A stretch of 64,000 nt of DNA from Octopus bimaculoides (taxonomy: Eukaryota). Position 1 is the first letter of the stretch; every line of letters starts with the position of its first letter. This document shows, piece by piece, positions 50,871 through 64,000 of the stretch. Position numbers and translations under genes: made by a program. The notes under the pieces are model-generated. The model was not told where the DNA came from and made no database searches. It saw only the letters and a list, made by a program, of their open reading frames with translations. The stretch covers positions 91,769,964 through 91,833,963 of the forward strand of contig NC_068989.1 of NCBI RefSeq assembly GCF_001194135.2. Direction: 5' to 3'.

Positions 50871-52125
50871 TACCAAACAGCCACCCTTGCGCATATGATG
50901 AACTTGAAATTCGAATAACAAAGTAAGAGGTGTCCTCTAGCAGCTGCCGTGATCATACAGTATAGAATGATGGTAATCTCTCGGAGTCCGCCGAGAAAGA
51001 GCGTTCTGCATTTCATGCTGAACAATCATCATAAATGATTTGTTCATATTGGTTAACTGTTTCTGCTCTATATTAATACACTACCTCCATGACATCGACG
51101 TTGCCTGAACAAGTGCACTGTGAACCACACGTGACATGTCGTGACATTAAGCATTAAAAATTGATCGAAAAGTTCGGATTATTGCTTTGGTTCGAAGGCT
51201 GAATGTCTTTCATGTCTACAGAAAATGTGAGTTCGCACCTTACTGGCAGCTTTGGGCGTTTTCCATACATAGTGTTCTTTAAAACTTTATTTTAACGCGT
51301 TTATTCATTGCTTTATCGACTTCGAAGTCCACATTTAACAAAGTGATGGCAGAGCACCGTGAGAAGTGTTCTGTTCTATTGAACGTCATGCACCAACCGG
51401 CCCAGAAATTGAAAAAACATCTCGTGATCGTGAATGCAATACGATAATCACTATGCCATGCGCCCTGACGTTCGTACAATGTAGTTATAAGGGAATACAC
51501 TTCCTCAATTCGTAATGTTGTTGGACTGAAAGCGAAAGAATATGGTTACAAAATGAACTTGTTAGCAATGTCTTAGTGTTTCCGACTGCAAGTATTTGCG
51601 GTGTCGAACGCAGAAATATGTCTATTGGATCATAGATAGCAATTTTGTGAATCAAATATGTTGGTGTCTATTTACTAATATACCTTTATCTACTCATGTT
51701 TGTATATATGTGTATATAAAGAACTCTGTGATATAAATGACATTTAATGCAATTCGGAGTTGCTCACGTGTGTATAAATGTATGCAGGTATGTATACTTA
51801 TGTGTAGAAGTGCATGCAAATATAAATCTGTGTATGAAGGGCGCATGCGCGTTACTGTGTGTATGGACAATAACAATGATCATTCACCATATCTTTCCAT
51901 ACTAGCCGTCCCTGAGGTTTACATGTATTTAAGAGATGTTTGCTATCTAATGCCCGGTTGTGTAATATCCGTTGCGAAGCTGCTTCGTAAGATTGGCTGT
52001 AATGGTTCTAGAATATAGTATAATAAATAATACATCCACTCTATTGAGAAATATGTGAATGCCTAATTTTTCTGACTTATAGATTCATAGACGTCTATAT
52101 ATACACACATACATACAGGTGGATA

Positions 52126-52195
<70 letters not shown>

Positions 52196-52227
52196 TACAT
52201 GTATACATATATGTATATATATGTATG

Positions 52228-52262
<35 letters not shown>

Positions 52263-52777
52263 ATTGGCCTGACCGCTGCTCGCACAACACCTCATTTTCC
52301 TGTCTCATGACTCTTATCAATGTTTGTTGCCGTAAAGCTTCCACGTTACACGCCAACTTAACTTGTCTTTTCAGTCGAAAGACATCCGTTGTTATTCTTG
52401 TTGTTTGTGTTTGTAATCATGTAACATTTTCTCCGTTTTGTCGTTTTTTTCTCGCCCGTTTTGTCGAACATATTCGCTCGCTTTCTTCCAAAAATTTACT
52501 GCCCTTCGCTTAGATTATTTTGGGACCTACCAATTTTGAACACTCTCATGTGTAACACGCCGAAACTGTAATGATGATTGGAAGCTTGACTGATGAATAG
52601 AAAGCCACGAATGTTCTGTCCTGGTTTTCCTGTCCATCTTTGTATCGTCCATCTGCCCGTATTTTTTTTATAATCGTCTGTTACGTTCTTGCTCCGATTT
52701 TTGGATTTATATATACACATAGCGGCGTGCGTACACCTGTTGCTCAGCTTCTAAGTAAGTATATATATATATATATA

Positions 52778-53225
52778 TATAATTGTCACTAAATGTGAAT
52801 AGGGTGTTAAAACACTTACATTGCTAGAAATAAGAACTGAAAATAATCTACTGCTAGATTTAACGCACATAAATGAAAACATATAGACTAACAAGGACCA
52901 TAATTATCCGAAAGATACCGACCGAAAATTCTTAAGACTGACGCATCAGTTTCGGCAATTTCTGTTGCCATCATCAGTTAAGTCAGTTCGTTGTTTGACT
53001 ATTTCCGAACCTGTTTCTTTAGTAGCATATATGCTTTCTGCATCCAAATTAATGGATGATTTAGCGATTTTCTAATTTGTATACACAAAATTAATGTAAA
53101 CAGCAGGTTGAAAATGTTTTACCAAAAACGAGGTGCATTAACTACAATATTAGAGCATTTTAGCTCTTATTTCTAGCATTCTAGGTGTTTTTTTAATATC
53201 CTAGTCACATTTAGTGACAATTATA
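52778..53225 (-). mobile_element. ~450-bp element with ~70-bp terminal inverted repeats, inserted at (TA)n, containing a hammerhead ribozyme
   Basis: TATAATTGTCACTAAATGTGAATAGGG..GCTAGAAATAAGAACT versus the reverse complement of 53150-53225; non-coding interior. Confidence 0.85.
52931..52982 (-). ncRNA. Type I hammerhead ribozyme with intact catalytic core
   Basis: CUUAA-CUGAUGA-U-GGCAA(CAGAAA)UUGCC-GAA-ACUGA(UGCG)UCAGU-C-UUAAG: three 5-bp stems and a GUC cleavage triplet; one extra U after A9. Confidence 0.85.
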
Positions 53226-53403
53226 ATTTTCCTTTTTGGTGAAGCATTGCAGCCTGCTGTTTCCATTAATTAATGATATGTATATGCTACACACGTAGAT
53301 ATGATGTATGTACAAATATATATAGGCATGTATGTATATATTTTCACAAACACACATATACACACACAGTCAAATGTGTGTGTGTTCGTGTGTGTATATA
53401 GTT

Positions 53404-53505
<102 letters not shown>

Positions 53506-54326
53506 ATCTTATTGATCCACAGAGCAACACAGTGACATCATTCATAATCAGTGTTTCCGATTGGCTACAACTGTCTGACTCCTGCCTCTTAATATGCAAT
53601 GCAGGCACCCTCCTAATTTCTTAACTATTCAGAGACTACATATATATACAAACAAACAAACATACATACATACATACATACATGCATACATACATACGTA
53701 CGTACATACACAACAAATTTCCCAACTGTGCTTAATCCATTCAATAACAAACACAGAAAATATATTGTTGATAAAACATGTGAATGAAACGGTAAACCAA
53801 GTGTGTATGGTATAAATTTTAGTGAGATTTGAAACTATTCTTTGCAACAAGTTCCCCGTTGCTCGTCTAATCATTGTATTCATTTATTTGTTTATTTGCC
53901 TGTGGTGTGTATTGATACGCTTAACGCAGCGTTGAGCAGCGGCAATGGAGCAGCTACAACTCCGGAAAGTATTTACATATATTTGCCTCAACTTGAACGT
54001 TTATACTAATGTAATGGATAACAAGTGGAGAATGTTTTATTGTATGGGCGCATGCTGTTCTGCGATTATCATTTCGATTTGGGGATAGTTTGTTTTTTGT
54101 TTCTTATTTTTAAAAGCTATTTAAAATAGACGTGTGGTTGTTTATATACTATTGTCTCTTCCCCTCTTCTCCCTTTTTCGCCATTTTCTTACTCGTATCT
54201 CTCTCTTTCTCTCTGTTTCTTTATAAGGTGTCCATATGTGTATGGCTATATAAATATATACACACTGTGTTGCATGTTCATATAATGTGCATATATATGT
54301 GTGCGCGTGCGAGTGAATTGATAATG

Positions 54327-54411
<85 letters not shown>

Positions 54412-55937
54412 NNNNNNNNNNNNNNNNNNNNNNNNNNNNNNNNNNNNNNNNNNNNNNNNNNNNNNNNNNNNNNNNNNNNNNNNNNNNNNNNNNNNNNNNN
54501 NNNNNNNNNNNNNNNNNNNNNNNNNNNNNNNNNNNNNNNNNNNNNNNNNNNNNNNNNNNNNNNNNNNNNNNNNNNNNNNNNNNNNNNNNNNNNNNNNNNN
54601 NNNNNNNNNNNNNNNNNNNNNNNNNNNNNNNNNNNNNNNNNNNNNNNNNNNNNNNNNNNNNNNNNNNNNNNNNNNNNNNNNNNNNNNNNNNNNNNNNNNN
54701 NNNNNNNNNNNNNNNNNNNNNNNNNNNNNNNNNNNNNNNNNNNNNNNNNNNNNNNNNNNNNNNNNNNNNNNNNNNNNNNNNNNNNNNNNNNNNNNNNNNN
54801 NNNNNNNNNNNNNNNNNNNNNNNNNNNNNNNNNNNNNNNNNNNNNNNNNNNNNNNNNNNNNNNNNNNNNNNNNNNNNNNNNNNNNNNNNNNNNNNNNNNN
54901 NNNNNNNNNNNNNNNNNNNNNNNNNNNNNNNNNNNNNNNNNNNNNNNNNNNNNNNNNNNNNNNNNNNNNNNNNNNNNNNNNNNNNNNNNNNNNNNNNNNN
55001 NNNNNNNNNNNNNNNNNNNNNNNNNNNNNNNNNNNNNNNNNNNNNNNNNNNNNNNNNNNNNNNNNNNNNNNNTATATATATATATATATATATATGGGGG
55101 TTGTATATGTGTATATATACAAAAATAAATGAATGAACTGCTATATGGACAAATGGATCAACTGAAGTATGGATGTAAAGATGTAGGTTTGATTTTGTTG
55201 TGTTTACAGTTAGATATTTATTGAAACATTATTACTCGTAAATCATTTCCTCTTGTGCGTTTATGCCACATTTGTATATCGGCATTTATATATCGGCATT
55301 GTTGCGATCCTCTGCACCTTTTGTGCTTGGATTGCGTTGAATCTGCCGTAATACTAGGGCATGTTGACCGGTTCACTGTGAATCGGGATTCTTATCCGCT
55401 CAACCGGACACATTTTCCGTTCATTAGATAAGAAAATGATATTTTTTTTTCATTATTCTAAACGACTTAACATCACTTCCAAGTTTCTCTAAGTGAGATT
55501 TGGCCATTGTACACCACACAGTAAGTGAGTAAAAATAAATGAATAAATAAATATAAATATATAAACTTTACACGCTCACCGAAAATCAAACGAGAATGCA
55601 ATATGAAACTGCGTATTATTTTGCCAAAAATTATTTCAAGCATGAATGCATGTCTCTTCTTTTATCAATCGTTGAAAAGCTCCCTAATAAATAATAAAGC
55701 TACAAAACCGATCTGAAATTAAGACACAGGACTCCTTAATGTAAATTTAGTCATAAATAATAGCAATCTAGACGGCTTCATGGAAGCTTTTAGAAAATCA
55801 TTCTTCTAATCACTATTGTCCTCCTTAGAGCTGAGATTCGCATAATTTCACAAATGATAACTTTGTTCGATATTCTTTAGAAATGGCCTTTCTCATATCT
55901 ATCTTCCTATCTATCTATCTGTCTGTCTATCTATCTA

Positions 55938-55984
<47 letters not shown>

Positions 55985-56125
55985 CTCTCACTCTATCTTT
56001 CTATCTATCTAGGTATGTATACACACACACACACACATATATATCTCTATATATAAAAATACATATATGTATGGATATACATGCATAAAAATATTAACGT
56101 ATATATACACATATATGTATATATT

Positions 56126-56165
<40 letters not shown>

Positions 56166-56956
56166 TGTGCGTGTGTGTATACAAATGAACATTCACATGT
56201 GCATCTGCATATAATTGTATATATACATATATATATACATATACATACATAATATATATTATATATATATAATATATTATTTATATATATGTATGATATA
56301 TTATATATATCAAATGACTGAAATAAGTAAAAGAGTAAAAGAGTTACATATAAACGATATCATACATATACGCATTGGAAGTTTATATAGCGGTAGGTCG
56401 ATATATTTGTTTTCCCTTCTCTGGGAAGCCATTAAATACATAACATAAATATACTTTCAGTAATTATATTTATTTTCCCTTGTGCTTTATGTTTAAGTAG
56501 CCAGCAAATCTATTACGGGGCTTCGGTTCGATTCTCCGTTGAGGAATTTTAGCAACTCTTTTCAACCTTAGTTAATGATAGAGCGAATCTTTATGCATGA
56601 GATTTAACATCAACCCCGCTGAAAACTGTTCAGTTGGTCTCTTTGTTCACGGATGTTAGGCTTCATCAATCATCCACTGAACACAATCACCTGATTTTTG
56701 GGTAACTTCAGCGCAGTCCACTATAATGCAAGCGCAAATGCCAGATCTGTTACCTAAGCATAATTCAAATCATTCTTCTGTGTGTGATAACAAAAGCGTG
56801 TGTCAGTTACCTTCGTACCCTCACTAAGCAAGAGACAAGAAAAATTAAGCATAATTTCTGACCTTAAACTGGTGTATAACATCGAAATTTATTGCTACAT
56901 TGTTTTTAAAGGTTAGATTGGAGTATCTCTGAACTTACAAATCTTGTTTAAGTAGA

Positions 56957-57025
56957 TGACACTTATCCAAGGTGCCACGCCGTGGGAATGAACCCGGAAC
57001 CATGTGGTTGGGAAGCAAGCTTCTT
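56957..57025 (-). mobile_element. SINE family A head fragment
   Basis: CCAAGGTGCCACGCCGTGGGAATGAACCCGGAACCATGTGGTTGGGAAGCAAGC. Confidence 0.8.
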
Positions 57026-57125
57026 GAATAAGTTTCATTGATATCCCCATCGTTTTTAAAACTTACAAACTAAATAATTTGCACAAACACGCTCCGATTT
57101 ATAATAATATCCAAAAGAAGAGATT

Positions 57126-57215
57126 CACTTTATTATTATTTAGATCACTACCGGGAATCGAACTCGGAATCTTGGGGTTAGTAGCCCGCGTTCTTAACCA
57201 CTACGCCATATGCCC
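57126..57215 (-). mobile_element. Short tRNA-like SINE with (AAT)n tail; not a functional tRNA
   Basis: Reverse complement GGGCATATGGCGTAGTGGTTAAG..GAGTTCGATTCCCGG: clear A/B boxes, but acceptor and anticodon stems do not pair. Confidence 0.7.
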
Positions 57216-57619
57216 GTACAAAGCAGCAATGAGAAAATATACTGCATCATCAATAGTTGAAACCACATATTTTTCTAAATGTACAAAAATGCGTGGCATA
57301 TTTGGTTTGGCTCTGATTGTAAAATACTTCTACTAAATCTATAATTAGCGAAGGTCATTCTGTCGTTACGAAACCCTGTTCAGTAACACTAGCAGAGCCA
57401 ACATGAGAAATATCTAATGTGAATGTCCTACTAGTTTTCAAGAAAAAAATATAGGAAATGCATGCCACATTACACGTTTTACGTTGTCATACATAATTGT
57501 GATAGAAATGACGGAACCTCTTTCGTGAATAAATATCAACTAATAATAGACATGATATTTATTACAAAGCATCACATACAGGGTTGGCCAACAGTCATCC
57601 AACAGTAAATCAAATCATA

Positions 57620-58335
57620 TTCTCAGTCCGAACTCCATTCTGATATCAGTACTGAAGGTATACACCATATCAACGAGGGAACTGACTTGGGCTTCATCTT
57701 TACCATAAAGTTTGAGGTCATCCATGAATAACAAATGGTTGACTTTTTGTTGGCGGCTTTTGAATACATACCCAGCTTTTGATTTTCTCAGAATCAGTGT
57801 TAGTGGCATCAAGCACAGTACAAAGATCAGTGCGGACAGGCAGTCCCCTTGGAAGATGCCCTTCCTGATTTGTACTGTCCCTAAACTTCTTCCGTATGCT
57901 GTCAGTTCCGTCCTCTAATTTGCCATACTTTCTCCAAGCAATCACTCAACATTCGATGCAATACCAAATTGGTTCATACTTTCCATTATCCAAGAATGTG
58001 GTATCATATCGTACGCCTTACAATAACCAATCCATGACATGGTTAAGTTAGTTTTCCTCGTTTTGCAGTCTCTAAGTACAGTTTTGTCTACCAGGAGTTG
58101 ACCCTTGGTACCTCTGCACTTACGCTTGCAACCCTTCTGCTCATGTGGCAGGAGTCCTTTTTTTTTTTCCAGATGTCCCTATATTGACTCTGCGAATATT
58201 CCAGTCAATAACTTTCACATAAGTGGCAAACAGGATATTGGCCTCTAATTCTCTACCGTATTGCCATTTTCCATGTTTTTTCAGGCACAGCACTGTCCTA
58301 CTCAATGTCAACCACTCTGGTGTTACTTGGTCAGC
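57620..58335 (-). pseudogene. R4/Dong-clade reverse transcriptase fragment; 5' junction abuts (AAT)n
   Basis: VTPEWLTLSRTVL, NYRP-like region, [35 protein letters not shown].., KVNHLLFMDDLKLY, FSTDIRMEFGL; frameshifted. Confidence 0.9.
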
Positions 58336-58351
58336 ATTATTATTATTGTTG

Positions 58352-58395
<44 letters not shown>

Positions 58396-58447
58396 GTTGT
58401 TGTTGTTGTTGTTGTTGTTGTTATTGTTGTTGTTGTTCGTAGTAGAA

Positions 58448-58494
<47 letters not shown>

Positions 58495-59014
58495 TGTAGT
58501 TGTTGTTGTAGCAGCAGCAGTAACGGCATCAATGTTGGCAACAATTGCAGCAGCTGCAATAGCATGCATATTAATATTGATAATCTGCCAGTACTTAATC
58601 AACCCATGCGTGATAAAAGGTACCCAAGCATCATTTACCTAAATTGTCAGAGCATAGCAAATGTTTTGGTAAACCTCTTACTTTGGTAGGGAGAATGGAA
58701 TTAGTGAATTTCCAAATGAATACAGATCAGGGGTCTTAATATATACAGTATTGGAGTATTGCATTATTGCAGAATGATAATTTCCTTTTTAAACCGGGGG
58801 CTATATCCTATATCGAGGAAAGATACGCTCTCACTACATATATATGTGTGTGCCCACGTGTGTGTGTGCCTGTGTGTGTATGTGTCCATGTGTGTGTCCG
58901 TGTGTGTGTGTGTGTGTGTTTGTGTGTGTGAGTTTGTGTGTGTGTGTACAAAGCATTAGAAAACATTAAAAGTATAATACGAAAACCTGTTGCTTTATAT
59001 ATAGATACAAATAA

Positions 59015-59175
59015 AGGTGCAGGAGTGGGTGTGTGGTAAGTAGATTGGCAACCAACCACATGGTTCGGATTCAGCCCTACTGCGTGGCACCTTGCGAGAG
59101 TGTCTTCAAATATAGCCTTGGCGGACCAAAGACTTGTCAGTGGATATAGTAGAAGGAAACTGAAAGAAGCCAGTC

Positions 59176-59180
<5 letters not shown>
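59015..59180 (+). mobile_element. SINE family A 5' half, running into a (TA)n/(TG)n tract
   Basis: GGTGCAGGAGTGGGTGTGTGGTAAG..GCGTGGCACCTTG..GAAACTGAAAGAAGCC. Confidence 0.9.
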
Positions 59181-59218
<38 letters not shown>

Positions 59219-59466
59219 TATATATATAGAGAGAGAGAAGCACAATATATACATGTGTATGTATGTGTATATATATATATATATGTATATATATGTATAT
59301 GCATGCGTGTAATGTTTCTCTATTAACACAGATAAATTTGCGAGATGTGCACTATCTTAATGAGTAAACATTTATATGGCGAAATGCGATGTGGATGTGT
59401 GTTTGCTTGTGTGTATGTGTATTACCGTAATGCGTATGTGTGTATTCTCTACATAGATGCATACAG

Positions 59467-59510
<44 letters not shown>

Positions 59511-59580
59511 CACGCCTACACACTCACAAACAGACGTACAGACGCACACACATATGTATAAGTAAGTATACGTATGTATG

Positions 59581-59611
<31 letters not shown>

Positions 59612-59671
59612 ATATAGATGCTTTTATATGTATATGTACACATGAATTTGTACATGTACGTATATATTGTG

Positions 59672-59714
<43 letters not shown>

Positions 59715-60526
59715 NNNNNNNNNNNNNNNNNNNNNNNNNNNNNNNNNNNNNNNNNNNNNNNNNNNNNNNNNNNNNNNNNNNNNNNNNNNNNNNNNNNNNN
59801 NNNNNNNNNNNNNNNNNNNNNNNNNNNNNNNNNNNNNNNNNNNNNNNNNNNNNNNNNNNNNNNNNNNNNNNNNNNNNNNNNNNNNNNNNNNNNNNNNNNN
59901 NNNNNNNNNNNNNNNNNNNNNNNNNNNNNNNNNNNNNNNNNNNNNNNNNNNNNNNNNNNNNNNNNNNNNNNNNNNNNNNNNNNNNNNNNNNNNNNNNNNN
60001 NNNNNNNNNNNNNNNNNNNNNNNNNNNNNNNNNNNNNNNNNNNNNNNNNNNNNNNNNNNNNNNNNNNNNNNNNNNNNNNNNNNNNNNNNNNNNNNNNNNN
60101 NNNNNNNNNNNNNNNNNNNNNNNNNNNNNNNNNNNNNNNNNNNNNNNNNNNNNNNNNNNNNNNNNNNNNNNNNNNNNNNNNNNNNNNNNNNNNNNNNNNN
60201 NNNNNNNNNNNNNNNNNNNNNNNNNNNNNNNNNNNNNNNNNNNNNNNNNNNNNNNNNNNNNNNNNNNNNNNNNNNNNNNNNNNNNNNNNNNNNNNNNNNN
60301 NNNNNNNNNNNNNNNNNNNNNNNNNNNNNNNNNNNNNNNNNNNNNNNNNNNNNNNNNNNNNNNNNNNNNNNNNNNNNNNNNNNNNNNNNNNNNNNNNNNN
60401 NNNNNNNNNNNNNNNNNNNNNNNNNNNNNNNNNNNNNNNNNNNNNNNNNNNNNNNNNNNNNNNNNNNNNNNNNNNNNNNNNNNNNNNNNNNNNNNNNNNN
60501 NNNNNNNNNNNNNNNNNNNNNNNNNN

Positions 60527-60580
<54 letters not shown>

Positions 60581-60864
60581 GAGAGAGAGAGATTGTTATA
60601 ATTTAGTCGGATTAAAGTTGGGAATCGATGAAAAATGTTCAGAATTAGCGAATTGGAAGGTGCCGTCTTCCTTCAGAACAATGCTAATCTTCATATTTCC
60701 TTGCTGGAAGATAAGAAACAAGATCTAGTTTTCTTTATTAGCGCTGGGTTTAACGAACGGAAATCTGAAATCGTGTTGCTCCATACAGTCAAAGAGAAAG
60801 TAATACGAATAAGAATGACGGACAATGATATCTAATCGTATTGTTAACGTCGTTGCATGAAAGC

Positions 60865-61045
60865 TGCAAGCTGGTGGAATCGTTACCTCACCGGGAAAAT
60901 TGACTAGCGGCATTTCGTTTGTCTTTACATTCTGAGCTCAATATCTGCCGAGGATATTAAACGTAGATTTTTCTCCTCTCGAGGCCGACAAAATAAGTAC
61001 CAGTTGTTCAGTGGAGTACATCTCGCCGAGTAACACCCCACCTCG
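60865..61045 (+). mobile_element. Diverged SINE family B
   Basis: GGAATCGTTACCTCACCGGG..TACATTCTGAGCTCAATATCTGCCGAGG..AAAATAAGTACCAGTT. Confidence 0.7.
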
Positions 61046-62537
61046 AGCTTGTTGGTCTTGTAACAAAATTTTTAACGAATATGATTTTCAAGATTTGGAG
61101 GAGTTAATCAATCGAATACACACATTGTTTGTAAAGTTTTATTTGTGATCACCAAAACGAAATAAAAATATTTCAAAATACGCGATTGAGATCTTTTATC
61201 TAATGGAATGGTAATTGTTTTGTCGTTTTCTTCTGCGAAAATTACTCGTACTTTTTAACATATTTCTGGTGAAAATCATTTTCTCCATTTAATTATAAGA
61301 ACGAAATAGAACAAACGAAATTTCAACAAATATATTATCTCCTCATCCGAAAACTATAATTTCTTAATTTAAACTTCAATTCAGCATAGCTTACGTGGCA
61401 AATAACTATTTTAATTTTCTCCTCTTTAAAAACAATTTAGTATGCTAGTCACCTCTCATTGAAAACAAATTAACACAAATCGACACAACATCTAAAATTT
61501 TTAAAATCTAGGATCTTTCTTTATGATTATAGTCCTTTCTAAATACATTTACGTTTTCCGCTCAAATTTAAACATAATTATAAGGCTCTCCTGAAATTAA
61601 AATTAAACAATTTCAAACAAAATTCCGTTTGCCTATTTACATTCATTTAGTTCTCTGTAATTTCACATAACTATTCATTAGAAGCAACCTAAAGCAAATC
61701 TACTCTTGGCAATGTGACACATTCCAACAATTGTTATTTTCATTAAACAGGCTCTCTGTAACAGTATCCTTTTGATTATAGAATTTTTTCATAATCTTTT
61801 TAAAATTTGTTTTAATTTTTCCATCAGTTCAGATTTATACTCAAAGATATATATCTCATATACGAGAAAAATGTTTCGTACTATAACAAATTCTAAATAT
61901 TTCATAAGCTGTACCTCATTAAAATAAAAATAAGCATGATGTCCACACAATAGCTGTTATACTTATCTTTATAGTCATATGTATGTTCGTATGTATGTGT
62001 GCAGCTATATATGCCTGTGTGTTTGTTTACAGTCATGCTATCACATTTGGCAGGTTTCACCTGTGGTTAGATATTTCAGAAAATAAATTTTAACACAGGA
62101 AAATACAATTAACCAGCTACAGCCCATATGCGTATACATGCACGCATACAGTCACGCATAGGTATACAAATACATGCATATATACGTACACGCACATACA
62201 CATACACACATGTATGTATATAAAATTATACATATATAACACGGTGTTCGCATCCATTTTAAGCGTGCATTAAACCTGGAAAAGATGCTGATGAAGTGTA
62301 ATGAGGATGACTGTTCTTAATTATTAATTTGATAATCGGTAGATGGGAGGGGATGGGTGCGTGGAGATAGTCAAGTAAATAGGTAAGTAGGTAAATACGT
62401 AGGCAGATAAAGTGGTGGCTAGATATGTAGGTAAATGGGTAGTACGGTAGACATGCACATACACACACACACAAACACGAAAGTGCACACACGCGCAAGG
62501 AGACAGAAATATGCGACTATACATACACACACACATT

Positions 62538-62905
62538 GGTAGACGGAAACTGAAAGAAGCCCGCCGTATATATATATATATATATATATATATACTTTNN
62601 NNNNNNNNAGTAGCAGAAATATAACAAAAAAACCGTTACTCTGAGTTTCACGTTCCCGTTCATCGGACAGTTTTGTTATATATATGTGTGTGTGTTTGTG
62701 TGTATATGTTCGTGTCTCTGTGTTTGTTCCTGCAGTGGTGTGTTTACGTCCCCGTAACGTAGCGGTTCGGCATAAGCGACTGATAGTATAAGTACTGGGC
62801 TTTCAAAGAATAAGTCCTGGGGTCGATTTGCTCGACTAAAGTCGGTGCTCCAGTATGGCCACACTCAAATGACTGAAACAAGTAAAAGAGTAAAAAAAGT
62901 AAAGA
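62538..62905 (+). mobile_element. SINE family A (headless) with a PLE terminal fragment inside its internal microsatellite
   Basis: GGTAGACGGAAACTGAAAGAAGCCCG-(TA)n-[62609-62678 insert]-(TG)n-GGTGTGTTTACGTCCCCG..GACTGAAACAAGTAAAAGAG. Confidence 0.85.
62629..62674 (-). ncRNA. Minimal PLE-type hammerhead (type I) with U4-to-C variant
   Basis: AAAACUGU-CCGAUGA-ACG(GGAA)CGU-GAA-ACUC(A)GAGU-A-ACGGUUUU: 8-bp stem I, palindromic stem III, GUA triplet. Confidence 0.7.
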
Positions 62906-63675
62906 GTATATATATATATATATATAAATAATTTTCTTTTCTTTATTTATTTGTTTAAAAAAAATTTAATTTGTAAATATTATACTAATATTTTTTCATG
63001 CAGAACTACATTTCATCAAAAAATTCTCTCCAAAATCGAATGTTTGAAAGAAAAGGGGAGACAGTGCGTTTTGTATTCTAGATGTAACTCAAAGAGGAGA
63101 AAACACCTTTTTTTTGAAGAGGTCACCATTCTTAAACCCATTCTAAATGAATAAATGGTGAATAGGTAGAGGGCTCCTCTCTCTCTCTCTCTGTCCCTCT
63201 CTCTCCCTCCCCACTCTCTCTCTCTCCCTCTCTCTATCTCTCTACCTATCAATATTTCTATCTATTCATCTCGTGTCACTGGAACTTCACCCTCCACCCC
63301 CAAAAAACAATGTATTCTTCTTCAAAATAAAAAAAAAAACATCTGTTTTCTATAAATGAACAAGCTGTTTATACATTCACAAAAGTTTATTTGACAAGTT
63401 CGAGAAAGGAACTAAAGCGCTAATAATAACGAATAAATAAAAAGATTTTTTTCCAAAATTCTGACGACGTTTTTTCCCCAATATTCAATTTCTGTACATC
63501 ACACCTAACACTCTATACATATATACATATATGTGTGTGTGTGTGTGTGTGTATACATACATATATGTATGTATGTATGTGTATATGTATGTATGTATAC
63601 ATACATATATGTCAATATGTGCTTGCTTTGTGTGAATAGGTATGTATGAACCTACATATCGATGTAAGAATTTTT

Positions 63676-63950
63676 GGAGTGAAGCCCAGTGGCTAGGGCA
63701 TTCGGCTCGGGTTCGTAAGGGCATGAGTTCGACTCTCGGTTCTTCTGCAACTTATTTCATTTCACGTTGCTCCAGTCCAAAAATGTATTGTACCAGTAAT
63801 TCAAAAGGGATCAGCCTTGCCGCATACTGTGTCACGCTGAACCTCGCTGAGAACTAAGTTAAACTTATGCTCAGCTTAATTTCACGAGGAACCTGATCCG
63901 TTGATCGGATCAACTGGAACCCTCGTCGTCGTCACCGACGGAGTACCACA
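63676..63950 (+). mobile_element. SINE family C
   Basis: A/B boxes and GTTGATCGGATCAACTGGAACCCTCGTCGTCG; homologous to 36718-37022. Confidence 0.85.
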
Positions 63951-64000
63951 CACTTATGTAAGTATATTTAGCTGCCAAATAGAGATTTGTATGAAAAGTA

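Noticed and set aside
51200-51650. Possible hAT transposase C-terminal remnant (VFPTASICGVER)
   Set aside because: The motif is too degenerate and there are no TIRs or other transposase motifs.
57146-57215. tRNA gene
   Set aside because: A/B boxes are present, but the acceptor and anticodon stems do not pair and an (AAT)n tail follows; treated as a SINE.
60595-60835. Opposing short ORFs (plus MFRISELEG..; minus QGNMKISIVLKEDGTFQF..)
   Set aside because: Short, with no recognisable family; expected by chance.

Overview
This is eukaryotic, AT-rich DNA saturated with microsatellites and transposable elements. It has 14 assembly gaps (about 6.2 kb of N), most of them flanked by (TA)n. The repeat inventory looks like a coleoid cephalopod (Octopus-like) draft assembly; that is an inference from pattern recognition, not a database result. 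Recognisable elements are several tRNA-derived SINE families, R4/Dong, RTE and Penelope-like (PLE) retroelement fragments, three mariner relics, hAT MITEs, foldback MITEs, two Helitron relics and a SAP/SWIM-encoding TIR element (ISL2EU-like). No intact autonomous element, rRNA, convincing tRNA gene or CRISPR array is present, and most ORFs in the supplied track are microsatellite or N-gap artefacts. The most interesting signals are: (1) a ~450-bp TIR-bounded element at 52778-53225 enclosing a type I hammerhead ribozyme with an intact core, one of five hammerhead-like motifs in the window; (2) a splice-acceptor-bounded ORF at 32815-33307 resembling a Spaetzle/neurotrophin-type cystine knot that lacks Cys III and IV, where the CxGxC position is TAC, one A-to-G change from Cys; (3) the ISL2EU-like element at 1967-2731, whose removal restores the reading frame of the LINE it interrupts. 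Host-gene exon calls are tentative.
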